Part shown: positions 59,324 through 64,000 of the stretch, in pieces | How positions within the stretch are numbered: the first letter of the stretch is position 1 | Layout: each line of letters begins with the position of its first letter | Source: Candidatus Chisholmbacteria bacterium RIFCSPHIGHO2_01_FULL_52_32 | GTDB taxonomy: Bacteria; Patescibacteriota; Microgenomatia; UBA1400; Chisholmbacteraceae | Length of the DNA stretch: 64,000 nt | Direction of reading: 5' to 3' | Assembly: GCA_001816585.1 (NCBI GenBank) | Contig: MHCJ01000003.1 | Span: 348,228-412,227 of the forward strand | Translations under genes and position numbers: made by a program | The notes under the pieces: generated by a model | The model's database searches: none | What the model saw: the letters and a program-made list of their open reading frames with translations, nothing else | What the model was told of the DNA's origin: nothing

Positions 59324-60038
59324 TTTGGGACAGCAGGAAGGCGGTGAATTCGTCGTTCAGCCACCCCTGAATGATTTCGGCATTGGGGACGACGCAATGG
59401 CCGCCGATTTCTCCGGGGAAATGATCAAGGATAGGCCGGCGGACATTGGGAAGGGTTCGCTCGTAGCCTTTGTTATAGATCTCGTTGAACTGCCGGTACA
59501 CTTCGTTGTGGTTTGCGCCGAGCTTTTTGCAAATCCGGTGGACGAACTTCTCAAAAATGATGTTCCATCCGTAGTAGGTGGTTTCCAGGATTTTGGCCAT
59601 TTCCGATTCCAAGGGCGAACGGAAGCGGATAGTTTTTACTCCCAACTGATTGAAATGTTTTGCCGCGGCGCGGTAGGCTCCTTCGTTGATCGGTCCTATG
59701 ACCTTGGGCATGGAAACGAGGTACCTGTACAGGTTCGGATGCTTGCCGACGATGGGCGCATGGACGATGGGGACTTTGGTCTTTTGGTAGATACCTTGTG
59801 TCGTACCCGGCTTCACGGTTGAATCGATAATGACCAGCTTCGGCCTCAGCTCCCTGATAGCCTCAATGACTATTGAAGGTAAATCGCTTGAGTATCCGAA
59901 GCATATGTGGAGGATGTCGATGGTTTTCCCTTTGAGCTCATCCCTTGATCGGTTCCGGCCATAGACCGTGTGCTTCTTCTTACAGAGCTTTATTATGGCG
60001 CTACCCACTTCGCCCAAACCGATCACTCCGATTGTCAT
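59295..60038 (-). CDS. Short UDP-glucose/GDP-mannose dehydrogenase-family protein
   Basis: GLGEVG, DSTVKPGT, SEMAKIL, IGGHCV; only 247 aa. Confidence 0.8.
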   Translation of the reverse strand: MTIGVIGLGEVGSAIIKLCKKKHTVYGRNRSRDELKGKTIDILHICFGYSSDLPSIVIEAIRELRPKLVIIDSTVKPGTTQGIYQKTKVPIVHAPIVGKHPNLYRYLVSMPKVIGPINEGAYRAAAKHFNQLGVKTIRFRSPLESEMAKILETTYYGWNIIFEKFVHRICKKLGANHNEVYRQFNEIYNKGYERTLPNVRRPILDHFPGEIGGHCVVPNAEIIQGWLNDEFTAFLLSQNEKAKKEDA

Positions 60039-61603
60039 TCCCTCTCCTTTCCTGTGGCGATGTATTTTGCCAGGAACCTACCCAAAAAAGCAAGATAGAG
60101 AATGAACCAGAGAATTAAGCCGATACCTTTAAAAAACCATGGTTTGTACTGGCTGGCTTGGATGACCAGTGTCCGAAGCGGCAACAATTGGTAGTAGCTC
60201 CCGAGCATTGTTTTTAGAGCGATGAAGTTTAAAAGAACCACAGCGATGACGGCGGCTTTCATGATCTTTTCCTTGTATTTTTCGTTAAGACTCCATAATC
60301 CAAAGGCGATAAGCGTCATGTGTCCGGCAAGGTTGGGGAAGAAATTCCTTCCCTGGATGCCGTGGGAAAATCCGATGGAACGGACGAGCATGTAGTCCCA
60401 AATAAGGACCCACAATGTATACCATAAACCCGAAAAGAGGAGAAGCCCGAGTTGCCAATCCACAACTTCTAATTTTTTCGTACTCAATTTTCCGATCACA
60501 TATTTGCAAAGACCGATGACCGAAAATAAGAGTCCCAGTTTAATTGCCCGAAGTACCGGAAGCGGGAGTACAACACCGAGCCAATTGAACACGCCAAAGT
60601 ACCACGGAAGCGTTTCACGGTAGAGCTGAGGAAGTTTTTGGGAGAGATATTGGACAATGGAGAGTGAGTATAACGGGCTTTCCGGAGACACCTGCGGCCA
60701 GTACGGCAGCACCCCGCTTTTTACCCATTCCCTCATAAAGACAATTCCGCCCAAAAGGATCGAAGCAGTGAGAAATACAATCAGCCGCGGCCCCATGTTT
60801 TTCAACTTCTTCTTTTTCAATCCTTCGTAAAGAAAGACTGCTATCGGAAGCGGGATAAAAGGATACATCAGCTGTTTGGTGAGGATCCCGAGCCCTAAGA
60901 CTGCGCCCATCGCCACAGTGTGCTTCATCGTGAGCCCTTTCCGCATGGCATCAACCATCAACCAGAGCAGCAATGTGGTAAAGAGGTTTAACAAATTGTC
61001 GTTATTCACCCCGGAGGAAAGGAAGGTAAACATCGGTTGAAAAGAAACCAGTGAAGCAATCGAAAGGGATAGCAAAAAGGATCTCGGAAATATTGCCCTG
61101 CTAAGCTTATATGATGCCCAAATGGTTGCGACCGCAAAGAACACGGAAATGATTCTGGTTAGGGCGACGCGGGCGAAAAGATTTCCGCCGTAACCTGCAA
61201 AGTAACCGAGAGCGCTTATGATGTAGAAAAGCGGCGGATAGCGGGCCGCCTCTCTTTTCATGAAAGTTGTGCGAGCTTCCCGAGGAGCGTAATCGAACAG
61301 TTTTTCAAATATCCCCGTGGTCGTCTGCGCGTATTCAATTCTGTACTCCGGATGATAGGTAAAGTTGTTTGCACCGGTTTCGTCCCGTAGTGTTCCCAAC
61401 AGCCGCTCCGACTCGAAAACCTCCAAAGAAAGATCATCCTCCGCGCTTAGCCCTTTTCGCACCTCGGCATAGTACTGCACTTGGGCAAAGTGGGCCTGTT
61501 CATCGGGACCGTGCCAAATGGGAATGCTTGCGGCCCACATGATGCCTTTGAAAAGGGTGGTTGAAAGAAGTAGAATGACAAGTGTCTTTTCTAATTTTTT
61601 CAT
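60035..61603 (-). CDS. GT-C/DUF2142-like membrane protein
   Basis: PDEQAHF, YPPLFY, VNNDNL, LTK, QGR; start MKKL. Confidence 0.75.
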   Translation of the reverse strand: MKKLEKTLVILLLSTTLFKGIMWAASIPIWHGPDEQAHFAQVQYYAEVRKGLSAEDDLSLEVFESERLLGTLRDETGANNFTYHPEYRIEYAQTTTGIFEKLFDYAPREARTTFMKREAARYPPLFYIISALGYFAGYGGNLFARVALTRIISVFFAVATIWASYKLSRAIFPRSFLLSLSIASLVSFQPMFTFLSSGVNNDNLLNLFTTLLLWLMVDAMRKGLTMKHTVAMGAVLGLGILTKQLMYPFIPLPIAVFLYEGLKKKKLKNMGPRLIVFLTASILLGGIVFMREWVKSGVLPYWPQVSPESPLYSLSIVQYLSQKLPQLYRETLPWYFGVFNWLGVVLPLPVLRAIKLGLLFSVIGLCKYVIGKLSTKKLEVVDWQLGLLLFSGLWYTLWVLIWDYMLVRSIGFSHGIQGRNFFPNLAGHMTLIAFGLWSLNEKYKEKIMKAAVIAVVLLNFIALKTMLGSYYQLLPLRTLVIQASQYKPWFFKGIGLILWFILYLAFLGRFLAKYIATGKERE

Positions 61604-61748
61604 CCATGATAGTATACCCCTTTCACTCCAGAATGTGCGCTTTGTAGGCTTATTCAGCCATATCGCACATCTGGATTTCGGAGGCATTGTACACTATAAT
61701 GAATTTGCATATTTAAGTAAGATGAGTTAATATCAGCCATTCTTAAAT

Positions 61749-62711
61749 ATGAATAAAACAGCTTTAGTCACCGGGGGCGCAGGTTTTATCGGATCGCATT
61801 TATGCGATCGTCTGCTTTCGGAAGGAATGCAGGTTATCTGTGTTGATAACTTCATTACCGGAAATCGGGAAAATGTTTCCCATCTCCTCACGAATAAGAA
61901 TTTTCGATTGATTGAAGCGGATGTTTCCCAACCGACGGAGAAGTATCTTTCAAATATCCCTCGCGTCGACGAGATCTTCCACTTGGCAAGCCCGGCAAGC
62001 CCGCGCGGTTACCAGGATGCACCGGTAGAAACGTACCTTGTCAATTCGATCGGTACCCATTACCTGCTTCTGTTTGCGAAGAAGGCAGGCGCGAAGTTTC
62101 TGTTTGCTTCAACGAGCGAGGTCTACGGAGATCCGGAGAAGCATCCGCAACGGGAAGATTACTGGGGAAATGTCAATCCCCATGGAGTGAGGGCTTGTTA
62201 CGATGAAAGCAAACGGTTCGGAGAGATGGCAACAATGGTTTTCTTTCGGCAATTCGGGATGGATGTGCGTATGGTTCGTATTTTCAATACCTACGGACCG
62301 CGCATGGATCCGCGGGACGGCAGGGTGATCCCAAACTTCTTAACGCAGGCGCTTTCGGGAAAGCCGGTCACGGTGTACGGGGACGGTTCGCAAACCCGGA
62401 GTTTCTGCTATGTGTCCGACATGGTTGATGGGATTTTACGGGCGATGCAATTGCCAAAAACAAAAGGATTGGTTGTGAACATTGGGAATCCTGACGAATA
62501 CACGATGTTGACTCTTGCTAAGAAAATCAAACAAGCTCTCGGGAGTTCTTCCCGTATTATCTTCCGCAACCTTCCCGAGGATGACCCGACCCGCCGGAAG
62601 CCGGATATCTCACGGGCGAAACGGGTCTTAGGCTGGTCGCCGAAGGTTACCCTCGACGAGGGCCTTGTTCCTACCATCGCCTACTTCAAGAAGCAACTGC
62701 AACACAGCTAA
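61749..62711 (+). CDS. UDP-glucuronate decarboxylase (UDP-xylose synthase) family SDR
   Basis: [56 protein letters not shown]. Confidence 0.93.
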   Translation: MNKTALVTGGAGFIGSHLCDRLLSEGMQVICVDNFITGNRENVSHLLTNKNFRLIEADVSQPTEKYLSNIPRVDEIFHLASPASPRGYQDAPVETYLVNSIGTHYLLLFAKKAGAKFLFASTSEVYGDPEKHPQREDYWGNVNPHGVRACYDESKRFGEMATMVFFRQFGMDVRMVRIFNTYGPRMDPRDGRVIPNFLTQALSGKPVTVYGDGSQTRSFCYVSDMVDGILRAMQLPKTKGLVVNIGNPDEYTMLTLAKKIKQALGSSSRIIFRNLPEDDPTRRKPDISRAKRVLGWSPKVTLDEGLVPTIAYFKKQLQHS

Positions 62712-62858
62712 ACCTGCACTTAATTGCACTGTTTGCAATATTGAGTTTTTTGACTCAAACATTAATTCATATGAAGGCTTTTCGGGTTCAACCGAAAATT
62801 CTTTTTCACACTAGAATATGATATACTTTCGCAACTTATTCGCGCTCTAAGGTACCAT

Positions 62859-63218
62859 ATGCTAGAAGGTCTGAGAAATACCGCAGATGATATCGTTTTC
62901 CTCCTCCGTCATGATACAACGAAGGGGATAGTCCGGCAGGCGCAAGAAATTATTCGGAGAAATCAAATCCTCTTAGATGGTATGCTCGATTACGGACTTG
63001 TAACATCGGATCGACTTGAGGAGATTAGATGTGATGACGAGCTGCAAGGACGTTTTTCCTCTATTATGAAGAGTGCGCGTGACGGGGGGGACGCTGCCTT
63101 GGAGGCGCGTTTTGAAATCGCGTTACTTCCTCCTGACGAGTTTGCCGGATGGCTGGAGTATTACAAAACTTTCCACGAAAAACATTGGCATATTCACTTC
63201 CCCACTGATGAAGTGTAG
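62859..63218 (+). CDS. Hypothetical protein, 119 aa
   Basis: ATG with AAGG upstream in otherwise empty sequence; no motif recognised. Confidence 0.6.
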   Translation: MLEGLRNTADDIVFLLRHDTTKGIVRQAQEIIRRNQILLDGMLDYGLVTSDRLEEIRCDDELQGRFSSIMKSARDGGDAALEARFEIALLPPDEFAGWLEYYKTFHEKHWHIHFPTDEV

Positions 63219-63414
63219 CATTGCTGGTGCCTTTTCGTTTATCTTGTTAGGCTTTCACTCCGATAGCAGTTCACCTCAATTCTGATTTCACTGGATTAAT
63301 GTATCCATCCGTTTGCAGCTTACGACCTGCGATCATTCCTGCGAGCCTCATAACACAGAGTCATGTTCCTGCTTGCATGCTTCCCTCTTGACTTAATGCC
63401 CTATAATGAGGCGT

Positions 63415-64000
63415 ATGTCTGAGTTTGTTCCCAGATGGGATGTTGAAGGACGGCACCGACAGCTGCGTACCTATTTGGCGGAGGCTGATCAACGCGTGTG
63501 GTCTTCACCGGATTTTCCCGAACAACTCCGTCCGGATATTACCCAAATCTCGGAAAACTACCAAATCGGTCGTCCTGCCGAGTGGATAGGTGACCTTCCG
63601 ATTCATCCGGCCATCCCTTCACCACTGCGGAACCGTATGCTTGAGGTTAAAGACTCCTATGACCAATATTTCTTTAAAAACAAGATATCATTTTTCGACC
63701 CGGATACCGGACGCACCGTCTTTCACCCATTGCTATTTAACACCCCAACTCTCCTGAAGCGAACGATTTACCATGAGGCTATTACCGCGAAATTCGGGAG
63801 TACTCAGAGGAAAACTCCTGACCGCTATTCGCGGCAGGAAGAACAACTTGTTTCCGACGCTTTGGCAGGTCTGTCTGTTTCTGATCATGTTCCTTTGCGT
63901 ACGACGGTTATTGATCAGATGGGTTTTCGAAAACTCCTTATGGCCGATGGCTACGCCCTGGCTGATCTTGTTCCGCCGGAGGTTGTTGATCTTAATGAAA
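63415..64000 (+). CDS. Hypothetical protein, runs off the window (not in ORF track)
   Basis: Open frame MSEFVPRWDVEGRHRQL... to the window end; TATAAT 7 nt before the ATG. Confidence 0.7.
   Translation, partial: MSEFVPRWDVEGRHRQLRTYLAEADQRVWSSPDFPEQLRPDITQISENYQIGRPAEWIGDLPIHPAIPSPLRNRMLEVKDSYDQYFFKNKISFFDPDTGRTVFHPLLFNTPTLLKRTIYHEAITAKFGSTQRKTPDRYSRQEEQLVSDALAGLSVSDHVPLRTTVIDQMGFRKLLMADGYALADLVPPEVVDLNE

Overview
Core-genome window (about 50% GC by eye) from what looks like a Patescibacteria/CPR, Microgenomates-like bacterium. That placement is inferred from the N-truncated MurE, homodimeric GlyRS, type-2 IleRS, DUF4012 gene and many GT-C genes. Left to right: a tRNA-Val/GIY-YIG unit, lepB, rplU-methyltransferase-rpmA-parB, an expanded minus-strand dcw/peptidoglycan cluster (mraZ to ftsZ, ileS, rodA, plus glmU, murA, glmS, dgkA, murI), glyQS/recO, and a ~28 kb surface-glycan locus. 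The most notable signals are non-coding. (1) Three copies of a ~175-185 nt structured repeat with compensatory and strand-specific G-U changes punctuate the glycosyltransferase locus like cassette boundaries. (2) A variant glmS ribozyme carries two extra hairpins in its core. (3) A 126-bp IS200/IS605-type mini-element sits on a stop codon without changing the protein. (4) A GIY-YIG gene starts in the T-loop of a broken tRNA and stops inside an intact tRNA-Val. (5) Several heptamer arrays sit at gene boundaries. All calls were made by eye; no searches or folding programs were run.
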